The notes: a model not told the origin generated them from the letters alone. A stretch of DNA of 64,000 nucleotides from an uncultured virus (IMG/VR IMGVR_UViG_3300005405_000309) (IMGVR_UViG_3300005405_000309), one strand, 5' to 3'. Positions 1 through 10,793 are shown, counted from the stretch's first letter. Numbers and translations: made by a program.

Positions 1-261
1 GCTTTATACCGCCTGTCTCTTTCGGGTTAGGGAAACCTACAAGTCTTTACGTTTATCAGAATTTAGGGTCGCCTGAGAGCATTATTAATTATCTTGGGCA
101 AAATCAACACTAGAGTTTAACTAAGCCAAAAAATAAAACTTTCTTTCATTAACGGGAGTCCCTAGCTTTTGCGTGCATAGAGACTCCTTGATTATTACTA
201 TAGGCTTCTCTTATCCCGTTCGTACCGAATAACTGATTTTCATCATTTCTTCCTAAGTGTA

Positions 262-507
262 CATGTCAAACTACCTCCACCTTTTCAAGTTTATCATTAA
301 TCCTCTCCATCCGTTCGGCAACTTCACAAATGTGGTAACTGTTAGTCCCGACAAACAGGTGATACTCATCGATAAATTTACAAGTCTTAATAAATACCGT
401 ACCATCTGAATGGATATCTTGATTTGTCCCCCATCGGGAATCGCGAAGAGATCCTCGTATAGGGGGGGCGTGATAAACTTAATATCCTTTTTGATGACAT
501 TTTTCAT
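262..507 (-). pseudogene. Frameshifted small gene (YodL-associated-like domain)
   Basis: The N-terminus FITPPLYEDLFAIPDGGQI continues in another frame as CKFIDEYHLFVGTNSYHICEVAERMER, a pattern I recall from Firmicute mobile-element proteins. Left boundary approximate. Confidence 0.5.
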
Positions 508-535
508 ATCGATTTTCCCCTACCAAAATTAATCA

Positions 536-1174
536 TTAAGCAACCCTCAAATAGTCCCTTATCTCCGGATCATAACTATGCTTATAGTCCCGGAGATTAA
601 AACCACCACTCTTCGTCAAAAATCGCTTACCTAAATATTTCGCAATCAGGTCGCGGTTCTCTTCATATGAAAGACCGAGTGGGGAAAGAAGGTATTGTCC
701 ACCCCACATGAGATCTGCCTCATAATTACTGGCCAACTGAAAGGCCGACAGCATATCAGCCCGAAATCTGTAGGTCCCATCATAGTACCTGTCAATCTGA
801 AACTCATACAACTGCTTAAACTGCCTCTTATTAAGGAATTTATGATATCTAACGTTAATCTGTTGGCGCAGACTCAAAAATTTATGTTTAAGTGCAACTC
901 CTACTGGTTGAGTTTTAACAATCTTAACCGACCGGAAATGATCCTCAGTCCCTTTTTTATTAAAGTACACGATAATGCGCCCTAAATAAACATTGACCAC
1001 ATTGCGCACCTCCAGGAACCTTGTCTCAAAAAAATCACGTTCTAATTTAGTTAACCCAAGTCCCACAATACTAAATTGTAGGCCCTTCCACTGCCCTTTG
1101 CTAAGGAAGACATGATCTCCTAATGCTAACTCAGTGCTTCGCATATCGGTGAACTTCCAACTGATTAATTTCAT
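536..1174 (-). CDS. Hypothetical protein
   Basis: 212-aa ORF with GGAG RBS upstream. Confidence 0.7.
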   Translation of the reverse strand: MKLISWKFTDMRSTELALGDHVFLSKGQWKGLQFSIVGLGLTKLERDFFETRFLEVRNVVNVYLGRIIVYFNKKGTEDHFRSVKIVKTQPVGVALKHKFLSLRQQINVRYHKFLNKRQFKQLYEFQIDRYYDGTYRFRADMLSAFQLASNYEADLMWGGQYLLSPLGLSYEENRDLIAKYLGKRFLTKSGGFNLRDYKHSYDPEIRDYLRVA

Positions 1175-1283
1175 TTAATTTAACTCCTTCCGTCATGCAA
1201 AAGAAGGCATAGCAAAACCACCTAGCACACGGCTAACGATCTGCCCTACCTTCTAATTAAACACATTTAATTTTGATACAAAC

Positions 1284-1744
1284 TCACGAATGAGTGTCGA
1301 AATGACATCTTCTGCAATGGCCCGCTTGCTCCACATCGTAAGAGTAATATCCCGTAGAATATGCGTATGTTTCCCAATCATGTCCTTTGTGTTTACAAAT
1401 CAATTTATTTGCAAATTGAATAAAACCATTAATGTCCTCTTTGACTTTAAATACTACTCTTCCGAAAGCCCTCACTGGAGGACTTTGTAATTTGCTAAGT
1501 TTCTTGCTCTCTACCAATACTGCATCTAGCGAAGAAAGCTCAGGATCTCCCATTAGAAATTCTACGGGATAATCATCGTTTAGTGATTCCCAGTCAAAGG
1601 GAGAATAAATACCAGTACAACCTCCGCACTTAGTACAAATTTTTGTTTCGTTAAAATTGCATGGGTGGGATGGGTCATCTGTGTATGGCACATCCTTACG
1701 TCTCTTCATTCTTATGGGAGAATCTGAACATATGAATTTTATCC
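1284..1744 (-). pseudogene. 3' part of a Cys-rich gene interrupted by the ISL3 element
   Basis: Removing 1745-3820 plus one TSD copy joins ...NYGCRIK (ORF starting 4009) in frame to FICSDSPIRMKRRKD.... Confidence 0.8.
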
Positions 1745-1746
1745 GG

Positions 1747-3099
1747 CTATTCGGATAATCGTGTTGATGATGGTAGCTTTCTCTCTGCTAACATATTTTG
1801 GATGAGAGTTGAAAGATTAGCTCCAAGGTTAATCTCTGGTTCATAAATAAGTATCGGTTCGGCAATCATTTCAGGCAAGAAACCACGGTCGATATTATTA
1901 CTTTTATAGTTGAGTCTTTTCACTTTATGAACTCCTTCAGTGAATAGGATTTTGGTTCTAAGGACATCAAACGAGTAGCCCCTACCGTTCCTATTCATGA
2001 TTTTGATTAAGCCATTAAGCGTCTCAGTATAGGCGTTTGTGGCACGTTTGTTGGGTAAGTCGAAGTAGTTAAATATCTCTTGTTCCCAATTCTTCATTGA
2101 TGTGTTTAAGGGGGCAAAGTGGGGTTCCATAGACGAAGGCATCTGTCCCTTCCACTCCTGATAACGATTGAGTGCCTCATATCTATCCCTGCTAGTGTCG
2201 AAGATATCAAAGAACTCCTCCTTGAGGCTATGAGCCAAACCAAGTTCAGGATAGTTAAGAGTCCATAATTCCAGCTTCAATAGCTGAAATGGCTTAAGTT
2301 TTGATTTTCGTCTAAGGAGGGTGAATCGGTCATGCATTAGTGCTTTACGCTGTTTATCGGTAAGTGTTCGGCGTATCTCTTTGCGAATCTTCTCTAAAGC
2401 CTCATTAGCCCCTTTTATGACGTGAAACTTGTCTATTACTATCTTGGCATGGGGGAGGGCTAACTTAGCTGAATCACGGTACGTAGGCCACATATCCATG
2501 CATACGATTTCTACATTTTCTTTATTGGGCAACTGTTTCAGGTAATCAATGACTGTCGGCTTATTACGGTTCTTAAGTATCTCAACGATTGTCTTTTCTT
2601 TAACGTTGGATATCACACACCGATAGTTGTGTAATAGGTGAGCTTCATCTATTCCAAGCCACTGGGGAGTAGCAAACTGGGTATGTTTTTCAAGCTCTCT
2701 CGCGTAGTCCTTGAAGACATTGCGAATCGTCTTTTCATCAAGCCCTATTTCTTCACTGAGGCTCGTAAATGTACGTTTAAGGGAGTGTTTCTCAATGTAT
2801 TCCAGCAACCTTTTAGTCATTGAACGACTTTCATCAACAAACGTTAACGGCTCCATGAAGGTCCTGGTACATTCCTTACAACGGTAACGCCTACGATGCA
2901 GGTGGATGCCTACGCGTTTGCCATGGGAGGGTGTATCCATGAATAACTGTTCCTTGCCCCCATACCCTTGTAGATTGGCTACACAGCCACACTGGGGGCA
3001 GTAAGAAGGCGGAGAAGCCATCTCCGCACTAATGTGATAGTCGTTATCTGTTTCATCAACCCTAAGTACGCTTAGTTCTTCGATGTTGAGTATGTTCAT
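1747..3099 (-). CDS. ISL3-family DDE transposase
   Basis: CPQCG..CKEC zinc finger, GIDE, CMDMW, IDKFH and NAYTETLN motifs. The stop codon lies inside the right IR. Start placed at MNILN, as in the other two copies. Confidence 0.95.
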   Translation of the reverse strand: MNILNIEELSVLRVDETDNDYHISAEMASPPSYCPQCGCVANLQGYGGKEQLFMDTPSHGKRVGIHLHRRRYRCKECTRTFMEPLTFVDESRSMTKRLLEYIEKHSLKRTFTSLSEEIGLDEKTIRNVFKDYARELEKHTQFATPQWLGIDEAHLLHNYRCVISNVKEKTIVEILKNRNKPTVIDYLKQLPNKENVEIVCMDMWPTYRDSAKLALPHAKIVIDKFHVIKGANEALEKIRKEIRRTLTDKQRKALMHDRFTLLRRKSKLKPFQLLKLELWTLNYPELGLAHSLKEEFFDIFDTSRDRYEALNRYQEWKGQMPSSMEPHFAPLNTSMKNWEQEIFNYFDLPNKRATNAYTETLNGLIKIMNRNGRGYSFDVLRTKILFTEGVHKVKRLNYKSNNIDRGFLPEMIAEPILIYEPEINLGANLSTLIQNMLAERKLPSSTRLSE

Positions 3100-3123
3100 G
3101 ATTGGCTCCAATCGGTTGTAGTG

Positions 3124-3378
3124 TTAATTTGAAAGATTGTAATTAATCCTTACTACGAAAGAGATTTCAAGTTGTTCGAGATTGATTCCCAAATTAGCTT
3201 TTGCTTCGTTTATGAACCATAAACAAAGTTCTTTTTCAGTTGAGAATTTTTGCTGTATTTTTTTTTGAGATACAATGTCGGCCATCTTTTGGAGATTGTT
3301 TTTCTGCTCTTGAGTAAATCCGTTATCCTCGAAAAGAAACACATCACCACTTATTGTTAACTTTATTATCGACCGCAA
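3124..3378 (-). CDS. ISL3 passenger, hypothetical protein
   Basis: AGGAGG RBS before a TTG start at 3378. Confidence 0.65.
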   Translation of the reverse strand: MRSIIKLTISGDVFLFEDNGFTQEQKNNLQKMADIVSQKKIQQKFSTEKELCLWFINEAKANLGINLEQLEISFVVRINYNLSN

Positions 3379-3440
3379 TGTAACTCCTCCTTTCCTGGGA
3401 CTCCTAGGAATATCAATGGTTCTTGGGGTTGTGAACCTTC

Positions 3441-3680
3441 TCAATTCACAAACGCTACTGATGGAAACGCCCATCCTTCTTCATCCTCTTCAATAAGGTA
3501 TGCGTCTCCATTTTTGCTTTTCTCCTTAATAGTTACCTCTGTACCTAAATGAACGTCCATTTCAACAGGTATAGGTGGGTCTGTCATTATGTCATAGAGG
3601 TCATCCTCTCCACCAACACCAAATTGTTCAGCTAACTCCTCATAAGTTTTAAGCATTACCTTTTGCCCATTTTCAAACAT
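3441..3680 (-). CDS. ISL3 passenger, small acidic protein (paralog of 48480-48722)
   Basis: MFENGQK... is near-identical to the ORF at 48480; RBS present. Confidence 0.85.
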   Translation of the reverse strand: MFENGQKVMLKTYEELAEQFGVGGEDDLYDIMTDPPIPVEMDVHLGTEVTIKEKSKNGDAYLIEEDEEGWAFPSVAFVN

Positions 3681-3820
3681 TTTAATTCCCCCTAATTCTT
3701 AGCTTTCCTAATGATAAATATAACACAACAAAGGAGGTATATCAACACGATAATCCGATTTACACTATACAGATACACTTAACGTATTATATCAATATCA
3801 ACATGATAATCCGAATACCC

Positions 3821-4009
3821 TTTTATCCGACACCCATAATTGTGTACTAATCGTGATATCCTTTTTGGCGTTCTTGTTAATACTAAAAAACAATCACTAA
3901 GATCGCAAGGAAGACGACCATCTCGGCAATAACGCCTTAAATCGCATTTTTTCATTTCTAAGATCTCTCCCCACGTTACATACTTAAAGAGAGCTTGGCA
4001 TTTTTCCAA
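3821..4009 (-). pseudogene. 5' part of the gene interrupted by ISL3
   Basis: ORF runs into the left IR at the TSD. Confidence 0.7.
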
Positions 4010-4509
4010 ATAAACTTAGGGCATCTTTCTCTATATCGCCTGTTAAATAAAGCAGAAATTCTTGAAGGTGAACAACCGCAACGACGAGCAAATTCAGATT
4101 GCGACATTGGAGTTCTTTTCAGTGCAGCCTTAAGGCGATCAATATATTCTGGGCAGGAGGTCTCCTTAATCCATTGCTCCAACTCGTCTATTTCGGGATA
4201 CCCAAGAAAGACTAAGAGATTTTCCTTTGCAGGATCATCTTCCCATTCATACACGCCATCAATTGTTTCTTTCGTTTGATCATCTATGATTTCGCTAATC
4301 CTATTAGCAACGTGTTCCTCTTCCCAGCTTTTTTCATTGGCCGTCTCAGAAATAAACCCAATAGCTGTTGTGTTATTTTCTGAAATAATCAGAGGAATCA
4401 TCGTTTTTAAGTCCGGCAGCATATTCAAGAGCGTTTGGACTTGCCTCTTTGTTAGACCTTCTTCGAGCGGTACTTGGTATGCTACAACATCAAAAATTAA
4501 TTCTTCCAT
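3976..4509 (-). CDS. Protein with C-terminal XRE-type HTH
   Basis: MSQSEFARRCGCSPSRISALFN. Confidence 0.7.
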   Translation of the reverse strand: MEELIFDVVAYQVPLEEGLTKRQVQTLLNMLPDLKTMIPLIISENNTTAIGFISETANEKSWEEEHVANRISEIIDDQTKETIDGVYEWEDDPAKENLLVFLGYPEIDELEQWIKETSCPEYIDRLKAALKRTPMSQSEFARRCGCSPSRISALFNRRYRERCPKFIWKNAKLSLSM

Positions 4510-4511
4510 AA

Positions 4512-5174
4512 TCAAAACTCCCTTCCCATACTGATTAATTCAAATTCGACGCCCCATACCCAAGGGTTACTGATCCATCTATGCCCTCGCTTGGCACGGA
4601 TACTATTCCATAAGTCTCTAAATTGCCCTATATGATTTACCACTATAGCACAATGAACCGTTCCATCATGATGCGGCCTGTGCTTGAATATGGTTTTAAT
4701 TCCTTCAGCTATGGCATCCTCTTCACGGATGTCCTGTAAACGTTCAGCTCTTACAGACTTCACTTTGAGAAATAATCTAGCAGCTGCTCTCGGCATACAA
4801 GTTGACGACTTCCATTGATAAGGAAAACCGCTCATAATATAATCCTGCCGGTAGCGTTCACTTTCGGGATCCGCATTTGCTTTGTATGAATACTTTTTCC
4901 CATCGATAACATGTTCCGGAACAAATTCGTACCAGGCTTCCCGAATCCACAAGATGTCTCCTGGTTGATATGGGCATTTCAATTCACGGCACCCTTTTAG
5001 TTTCCCGGGTAATGCATCGTTTTGCATTTCTACCAGTCGTCTACCGTATTTGTTATCAAACCATTCAATATCAGTGTTCTCGTACTTCTTCTTGATCACA
5101 AGTCGGATCATTGTCTGGTTCCCTGACGAGATATTGTTAACGACTACAGTAGCACACGGTAATCCCTTCTCCAT
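4512..5174 (-). CDS. Phage-type ASCH/PUA-like domain protein
   Basis: CPYQPGDILWIRE..MPRAAARLFLKV..ERLQDI.EEDAIAEG..NPWVW pattern. Confidence 0.7.
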   Translation of the reverse strand: MEKGLPCATVVVNNISSGNQTMIRLVIKKKYENTDIEWFDNKYGRRLVEMQNDALPGKLKGCRELKCPYQPGDILWIREAWYEFVPEHVIDGKKYSYKANADPESERYRQDYIMSGFPYQWKSSTCMPRAAARLFLKVKSVRAERLQDIREEDAIAEGIKTIFKHRPHHDGTVHCAIVVNHIGQFRDLWNSIRAKRGHRWISNPWVWGVEFELISMGREF

Positions 5175-5201
5175 AAAATAGTCCCCTCTCTTACCATAAC
5201 C

Positions 5202-5414
5202 TTATAGACATGAATCAATATGAAAGCCTTCATGATATGAAACCGACCTATAGCGCAAAGGCTCTCCGCAGTAGCCACAATGCACGACTTCCTCTCCTTC
5301 AGGATAGGACTCATATGCTTTTTTACGCTCACTTTCTAGGAACTCCTGAGTACCATCCGGATCTTCCATCATACTTTCGTTATACTGCTCTTGATACCTG
5401 TCAAGATTATTCAT
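5202..5414 (-). CDS. Small hypothetical protein (CxxC)
   Basis: RBS-like sequence before MNNLD; HCGYCG. Confidence 0.55.
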   Translation of the reverse strand: MNNLDRYQEQYNESMMEDPDGTQEFLESERKKAYESYPEGEEVVHCGYCGEPLRYRSVSYHEGFHIDSCL

Positions 5415-5523
5415 CTCCAGATACGCCTCCTTGTTTTTAATACAGAAACGTGGCCAAACTTGCACAAAGCAAATCAAGCCACGCTCCCACCACTTTCATA
5501 AATGTCTAACTAAATACTCAACC

Positions 5524-5871
5524 TCAATGTGTTTTAAAAAATCTTCTTAATGCCCGATTCTGCCGATTCCATCGATAATACAGATGGTAAGTCAAATTTA
5601 ATTTAACCCAATAATGTTTAAGATACGAGAATTTTACGGGTTCCCCGTCCACTTCTGCCATATGCCACCTTAAATCATTCCACTTCTTTTTTGCAATAGG
5701 CAGCATGTACTTTTTGACTGCATCTTTTTCATAAGCTTTCTCTTCTGAACCAACATCAAGCCACTCAGTCCACATCTCAGTAATAACATAGTAGAGCCTT
5801 TTTTGATGGTCAATAGCATAAATTAACCAATCTTCACAAAATACGTACTTAAGGTCTTTCGGTTTTTTCAT
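5524..5871 (-). CDS. Hypothetical protein
   Basis: 115-aa ORF with ATGA overlap with the upstream gene. Confidence 0.7.
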   Translation of the reverse strand: MKKPKDLKYVFCEDWLIYAIDHQKRLYYVITEMWTEWLDVGSEEKAYEKDAVKKYMLPIAKKKWNDLRWHMAEVDGEPVKFSYLKHYWVKLNLTYHLYYRWNRQNRALRRFFKTH

Positions 5872-6767
5872 ACCTTTTCACCATCTTCCTGTCCTACAGC
5901 AGGTCCGCTATACTTTCCGAAAACGCAGAGACAACCCTCTTCATCTTTTTCGACAATGACAATGTAATTATTCTCAAAGGCAGTCTCAATCAAAGAAGTG
6001 CATTGAGTTGGTTTCTGGTAAAGGATCGCGTTACCAATATCATCGCTAAAACAATCGTCTCCACTCTCTTCTCGTAGATACTCTTCGTGTCCAAACTCAT
6101 TTTCCATTGCAATCGCATAATAAGTTTTAATGGGCCCTATAATTTCTTTTTTATACGAATTATGCAAGCAAACCGGACAAGTAAAGTCTGTATCATCTTC
6201 AGCTTCATTGCTTTCTAAACAATCGATTTTTCCACCAAAATCAAATAATGTTGCTCTATTCCACGCCAGTGCTGTCGCAACTCCATTACACAAAGAGCAT
6301 CTATATTTTTTATCACTGCCCGTCATATCGTAATGATCTACTACTCTGACACTTGCTGTATCAACTACCCCCGCCTGATCTAGTGCCATCTTGATTTCAT
6401 CAATTACCCCTTTTGGATGACAGCAACTTTTATCTGGATAAAGAATATCAAGATACTCTAGTGCACTTCTGCAAGCTCGTATTAGCTTTGGCTCTGCTTT
6501 AGCAAGTTGAGCACTATCAATTCGCTTAGCTGAAGGCATGTTATGCTCAGCATAAGCCTTTTGGAAATCATCGTGATTATAATCTAATAAAGAGTACACA
6601 TCGATGCCCAGTTCGTTTATTTGTTTCAAAGTAAGTTGGGTAAAAGCTGCACCCATCAGCATGTAAATTGCTCCGCTCTTAGATTGATAAATATTGAAAT
6701 GACTATGAACTACAGTGTTACCACTTACCTTATATGAGAAGTAATTTACCTTGTCTTTTTTAGTCAT
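5868..6767 (-). CDS. Hypothetical protein with Cys pairs
   Basis: 299-aa ORF, GGAG RBS. Confidence 0.7.
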   Translation of the reverse strand: MTKKDKVNYFSYKVSGNTVVHSHFNIYQSKSGAIYMLMGAAFTQLTLKQINELGIDVYSLLDYNHDDFQKAYAEHNMPSAKRIDSAQLAKAEPKLIRACRSALEYLDILYPDKSCCHPKGVIDEIKMALDQAGVVDTASVRVVDHYDMTGSDKKYRCSLCNGVATALAWNRATLFDFGGKIDCLESNEAEDDTDFTCPVCLHNSYKKEIIGPIKTYYAIAMENEFGHEEYLREESGDDCFSDDIGNAILYQKPTQCTSLIETAFENNYIVIVEKDEEGCLCVFGKYSGPAVGQEDGEKV

Positions 6768-6782
6768 CTTTATTCTCTCCTT

Positions 6783-7016
6783 CTAAATCAATTCATTCGA
6801 CTCTATTTCTTGCACAAATAAATAATCTAGTGCGTTATTAAGTGCCTTATGATCACCGAAGTCCGTGGGCATTTCGCAATCCTCATTTAAATCGATACGA
6901 CCGTTCTTTAAAAGCGTTCGAATATCCTTTGCAAACTTCCTTTTGTCTGTGTAAACACCAACTAAACTCATTGATCCGCTTGATTTCCATATGTCGCAAG
7001 TAAACATAGTTAGCAT
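6783..7016 (-). CDS. Hypothetical protein, first gene after leader A
   Basis: GAGG RBS. Confidence 0.65.
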   Translation of the reverse strand: MLTMFTCDIWKSSGSMSLVGVYTDKRKFAKDIRTLLKNGRIDLNEDCEMPTDFGDHKALNNALDYLFVQEIESNELI

Positions 7017-7049
7017 CTAAAAGCCATCCTCTCGTATAAATTTAATTAT

Positions 7050-7260
7050 AAAAAAAGAGGCCCTATGTCTGCTTGCCTAAAAATGGCAATAAAAACATAA
7101 GGTCTCTTGTTATTTTTTTGAAATTCAGGGTTTCTCAGAAATAATCCAGAGAAAGGATGTAAGGGAACCGAAGTCATCCGATTCGTAAACTCTCGTTCGC
7201 ACCAATCCTAATAGCACGAAGAAACAATTTCGCAAAGGCGAAGGGAAATAGTAATAAATA
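7050..7260 (-). ncRNA. Conserved structured leader/attenuator, copy A
   Basis: TGgTATACT -10 at 7268-7276, shared hairpin core, terminator with U-tract at 7050-7056. Confidence 0.75.
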
Positions 7261-7327
7261 TGTGCTTAGTATACCACATGAAATGTCTAAAGAAAATACG
7301 TATTAAGCTCCCGGCTGGCTTTTGGTT

Positions 7328-7819
7328 TTATACTGCTACTTTTAAAGTCAGATTAATTAATTCCTCTAGCTGTTCAGCTCTTAACTCGTTAGCACGTGCG
7401 AATAGGTTCTGTATTTCTTTCTGACAGTTCTTGTACTGTGGTAATTTCTTAACTTGATTATGTCCCCATTCAAGCAATTCCTTTTGAGCGTTTCTGAGGT
7501 CTTTACGGCTTTTATGGTCGGCTGTGGTGTTATAGTCCGGCACATTGATTCCTAATCGTATATATTCGGCGTGGGTTAGCTTACAGTATGTTATAAAATC
7601 TTCTTCACTCATTCTGAAGTCTGAGATAGGATCTAATATTCTCTCAACCTTTTCACCAAGTGCTATTTCTTCTTCGATAAGTTTAGTATAGAAAAGGTTC
7701 TCTCTCAGGATCTTTACCTTAGCTTGTTTTTCAAGCTTCTTGATTGTTTCGTGCATTGCCTTAGCTTCCATGTATTTAATTTGTGCGGGAGCGAATAATT
7801 TTTTCATATTTGTTTTCAC
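7328..7819 (-). CDS. Hypothetical protein
   Basis: 163-aa ORF. Confidence 0.7.
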   Translation of the reverse strand: MKTNMKKLFAPAQIKYMEAKAMHETIKKLEKQAKVKILRENLFYTKLIEEEIALGEKVERILDPISDFRMSEEDFITYCKLTHAEYIRLGINVPDYNTTADHKSRKDLRNAQKELLEWGHNQVKKLPQYKNCQKEIQNLFARANELRAEQLEELINLTLKVAV

Positions 7820-8344
7820 CTCAACTCATTTCTTCTGGATTTCACAACGAAATACCAGTATCCAGCAATCTTCTTTTTGTCATTCTTTTGAATTTGTTAT
7901 AAAACAATTTCCCTTTGATTTTCTGATTAACATAAAAGTGATTACATTGTGTAATTTTTATAACCCATACCTTTGCAGGGTTATATATATCAGTTACCTC
8001 AAGTATTTTCATTTTATCCTTCCTCTCATAGGGAGTATCGTTTTCACCCAAACTCTTTTATAATAATATTAATACGCCTCCACAATTCGCCAGGCAACCT
8101 CTATAAACTTAGCTGAACTTATATAGGTTGACTATTACACCATACCCTATAACTCTCTGCCTGTATCGCTTCTTCTGCTTGATCTAAAAGGTGATTTTTT
8201 CTCTGGGTCTCTTTTGGTGTAAGAATTTCTTTGTCTAATAATTTATTCAACTCAACATAATCTTTGTCCGACATAGCAAATTCCCCCTTGTTTATAAATA
8301 AGCCGAAGCCTACACGAGTAAACGCATAGACCCCTTACAACTCC

Positions 8345-8689
8345 TTACGCATCTATCTTAAAAGTTAAGACAGAATTGCCCCTATGATTTTGCAAATCGC
8401 CTGCATCTAAATCCCTTTCTACCAGGTTATTACCTAGGGCCCGCTCAATAGCTTGATGTAACCTAACGTTGAAATCGCCATATCCAAGCCCCGGCATTTT
8501 TTCTTTAATGTTTCGAGCAAGGACAGGATCTTTTGCAGTTTTTTCAATTAGAAAGTTCATAACCTCATCGCCATCAAACATTTCAAAGCAGTCGTCAAAA
8601 ACCCGTCCAAAGGTAAGATTCTTATTAATCATGTTCGCTGCAATACTAGCCCTCTGTCTTGCTGTTTTTGCTTTGGTTGCTAAACTCAT
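8345..8689 (-). CDS. Hypothetical protein
   Basis: GAGGGG RBS. Confidence 0.7.
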   Translation of the reverse strand: MSLATKAKTARQRASIAANMINKNLTFGRVFDDCFEMFDGDEVMNFLIEKTAKDPVLARNIKEKMPGLGYGDFNVRLHQAIERALGNNLVERDLDAGDLQNHRGNSVLTFKIDA

Positions 8690-8705
8690 TTAATAATCCC
8701 CCTCA

Positions 8706-9623
8706 TTAGTAATTAAATGCCCACTTCCCCCGCTCAGTCGAGACGAAATCCTTGCATTTTTGCAATGTTTGACGAACCTTAGCCTGCCAAGTAGTATTGG
8801 TAGCACACTTAGCATGCCCTTCGATCTCCCTGTAAAGATTGTTCAGGTTTGCTTTTCCGCCCAATGCCTCCATTGCAGCATGCACGACATCGTGCCAGGT
8901 CAATGTTGCTCGGGTTCGCAAATCCACATCAACTTGCTTCACTACTCGAACCGGCACGACATATCCTGAATTTCTTTTAAAAATAAGCACGTATTCATGA
9001 GTAATAGGAATAAATTTTCCACTATACTTTGTCTGCGAAGAAACACAGTTATGCTGCGTCTTAATAATGACTTGCTCCGGGCTCCCAATCCAAGACATAT
9101 CTTTCATCATACTGAACAATTTCCCTTTTTGCTTATAATCGCCGACTAAAATAGCCATCCTTCCACCTTGTCGCAGAGACGAAAAAAGCTTGGCCTGGAC
9201 TTTGTCACTTTTACGAATAAACTCAGCCCAGCTCCCACAACGACTTAAATCTCTGGGATCAGGCGCATCCCCCCACATATTACCCGAGTATTCGATCATG
9301 GTATGATACGGCGGGTGCCAAAAGATAAAGTCGGCTGATTCTGGCACCTCATCATTCAGCGCGTCCCAACCACCGAACTTAGGGTTTAGATCGAGCGCAT
9401 AATGATTAATGCCAAGTTCCTTCGAAACATCGACAAAGGTTCCCGATCCAACCATAGGATCAAACGCCTTCTTTGGGGAATACCATTCAAGAAGGTCTTT
9501 GATTAATAAGCCAGAACAGTTTCCTCTCCATCGATTATCGCCGTACTTCCCTCTTTCGGGATAACTTACCACCGTCGTTAAATGAGGCTTGGATGATACA
9601 AGCTTAAGTGCTTCATTCGCCAT
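8706..9623 (-). CDS. Orphan amino (N6A/N4C) DNA methyltransferase with C-terminal winged-helix-like domain
   Basis: DPMVGSGT (SAM-binding) and HPPY (catalytic) motifs. Confidence 0.8.
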   Translation of the reverse strand: MANEALKLVSSKPHLTTVVSYPERGKYGDNRWRGNCSGLLIKDLLEWYSPKKAFDPMVGSGTFVDVSKELGINHYALDLNPKFGGWDALNDEVPESADFIFWHPPYHTMIEYSGNMWGDAPDPRDLSRCGSWAEFIRKSDKVQAKLFSSLRQGGRMAILVGDYKQKGKLFSMMKDMSWIGSPEQVIIKTQHNCVSSQTKYSGKFIPITHEYVLIFKRNSGYVVPVRVVKQVDVDLRTRATLTWHDVVHAAMEALGGKANLNNLYREIEGHAKCATNTTWQAKVRQTLQKCKDFVSTERGKWAFNY

Positions 9624-9733
9624 GTCTATTTCTCCCTTCTAAATAGCAGGAGTCTATACGAAAATACGTACAGACTCCTTAAATATGTTACCCCATTATC
9701 ACGTTACAAAAAATCGAAGATGATCTTAAATCT

Positions 9734-9943
9734 CTATTTCACAGACAATTTTAAGCCGTGCTTTAAATATTTAATTACCTTCACTATCTCTTTACGCAAA
9801 ATTTCCGAACCTATTGCGAAGTGAATACTCTCTAAAATAGTTAATGCCGACTCCATATCTTTAACTATCTCATCAGGTACCCGATACTCTTCTGCTATTG
9901 TCCTTACAGCAATACCGTTATCCAACACGAACACTCCCTCCAT
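9734..9943 (-). CDS. Small hypothetical protein
   Basis: ORF co-oriented in the operon; start uncertain. Confidence 0.5.
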   Translation of the reverse strand: MEGVFVLDNGIAVRTIAEEYRVPDEIVKDMESALTILESIHFAIGSEILRKEIVKVIKYLKHGLKLSVK

Positions 9944-10014
9944 CCTTGAATAACACTAACGAACTATCGTTTTAATAACTTCTTCATGGCTTCAATCTGA
10001 AGCTTGCCACAACA

Positions 10015-10257
10015 TTAATCGTTAGCAACAGCCCCAGTAAGCGATAGACTTGAACTAAGTGCCTCCTCAAGAATCTTTAAAACGCGCTGTATTCGCACCA
10101 CATTCATTCCTCCAGGACCATAAATCGTAAGATCTTCGTTAAACTCCTTCTCCCCTTGCAATAACGATAGAGCCTGGGAACATGCATCCATAAGAATTGT
10201 CAAAGGCTCAGCATGAGCAATAACACCTTGCTCGATCCGTTCTAGTGGATTTTGCAT
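10015..10257 (-). CDS. Hypothetical protein
   Basis: GGAGG RBS. Confidence 0.65.
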   Translation of the reverse strand: MQNPLERIEQGVIAHAEPLTILMDACSQALSLLQGEKEFNEDLTIYGPGGMNVVRIQRVLKILEEALSSSLSLTGAVAND

Positions 10258-10763
10258 AAGTTTACCCCTCCCCTATGCTGATTTTCTTCATTTTTTTCAA
10301 TTGCTTGTATTCCCCATCCAAAATGGCCATTCCTCAATAAAAAATTGATGAACTCATGTACCGACAAAATCGTTCCTCCTGCTAATCTAACGGTGCAAAA
10401 CCCTAAAACGTAGTTTAATTCTCTCGCAAACGGCTCCTCATAGAGAGTTACAAGATTCGAAAGATAATTTTCTTCTTCTAAATGTTTAAACGCCAATATA
10501 ACTAACCCAAATCTCTTAATGTCATCTTTTATGGTTTGAATCAAATTATTTTCGTCAACGATCCCACTGTAAAAAAATCGATTCCCCTCGAACAAGTAAT
10601 AACGTTCACCCTTACTATATACGTCGATAAGTTCACCGTGAATATTCTCCTTATAGACACTCGATGTTTTGTAAGCCTCTACATGATCCTCTGTTGCTCT
10701 CATAATACCCATATAGTTCGTAAGAACCGGTTTGATCAAATCTGCAAATAACATGTTCGACAC
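10242..10763 (-). CDS. Hypothetical protein
   Basis: AGGAG RBS. Confidence 0.7.
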   Translation of the reverse strand: MSNMLFADLIKPVLTNYMGIMRATEDHVEAYKTSSVYKENIHGELIDVYSKGERYYLFEGNRFFYSGIVDENNLIQTIKDDIKRFGLVILAFKHLEEENYLSNLVTLYEEPFARELNYVLGFCTVRLAGGTILSVHEFINFLLRNGHFGWGIQAIEKNEENQHRGGVNLCKIH

Positions 10764-10793
10764 TCCTTATTCCTTTAAATTAGCTTATTTTAT

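Larger units (their letters stand above)
1745..3820 (-). mobile_element. Complete ISL3-family transposon with two passenger genes
   Basis: Terminal IRs GGCTATTCGGATAATCGTGTTG (1745) and CAACATGATAATCCGAATACCC (ends 3820). 8-bp TSD TTTTATCC at 1737-1744 and 3821-3828. Confidence 0.95.

Noticed and set aside
1..240. Possibly structured non-coding sequence at the left edge
   Set aside because: Some hairpins, but cut by the window edge and not assignable to a family.
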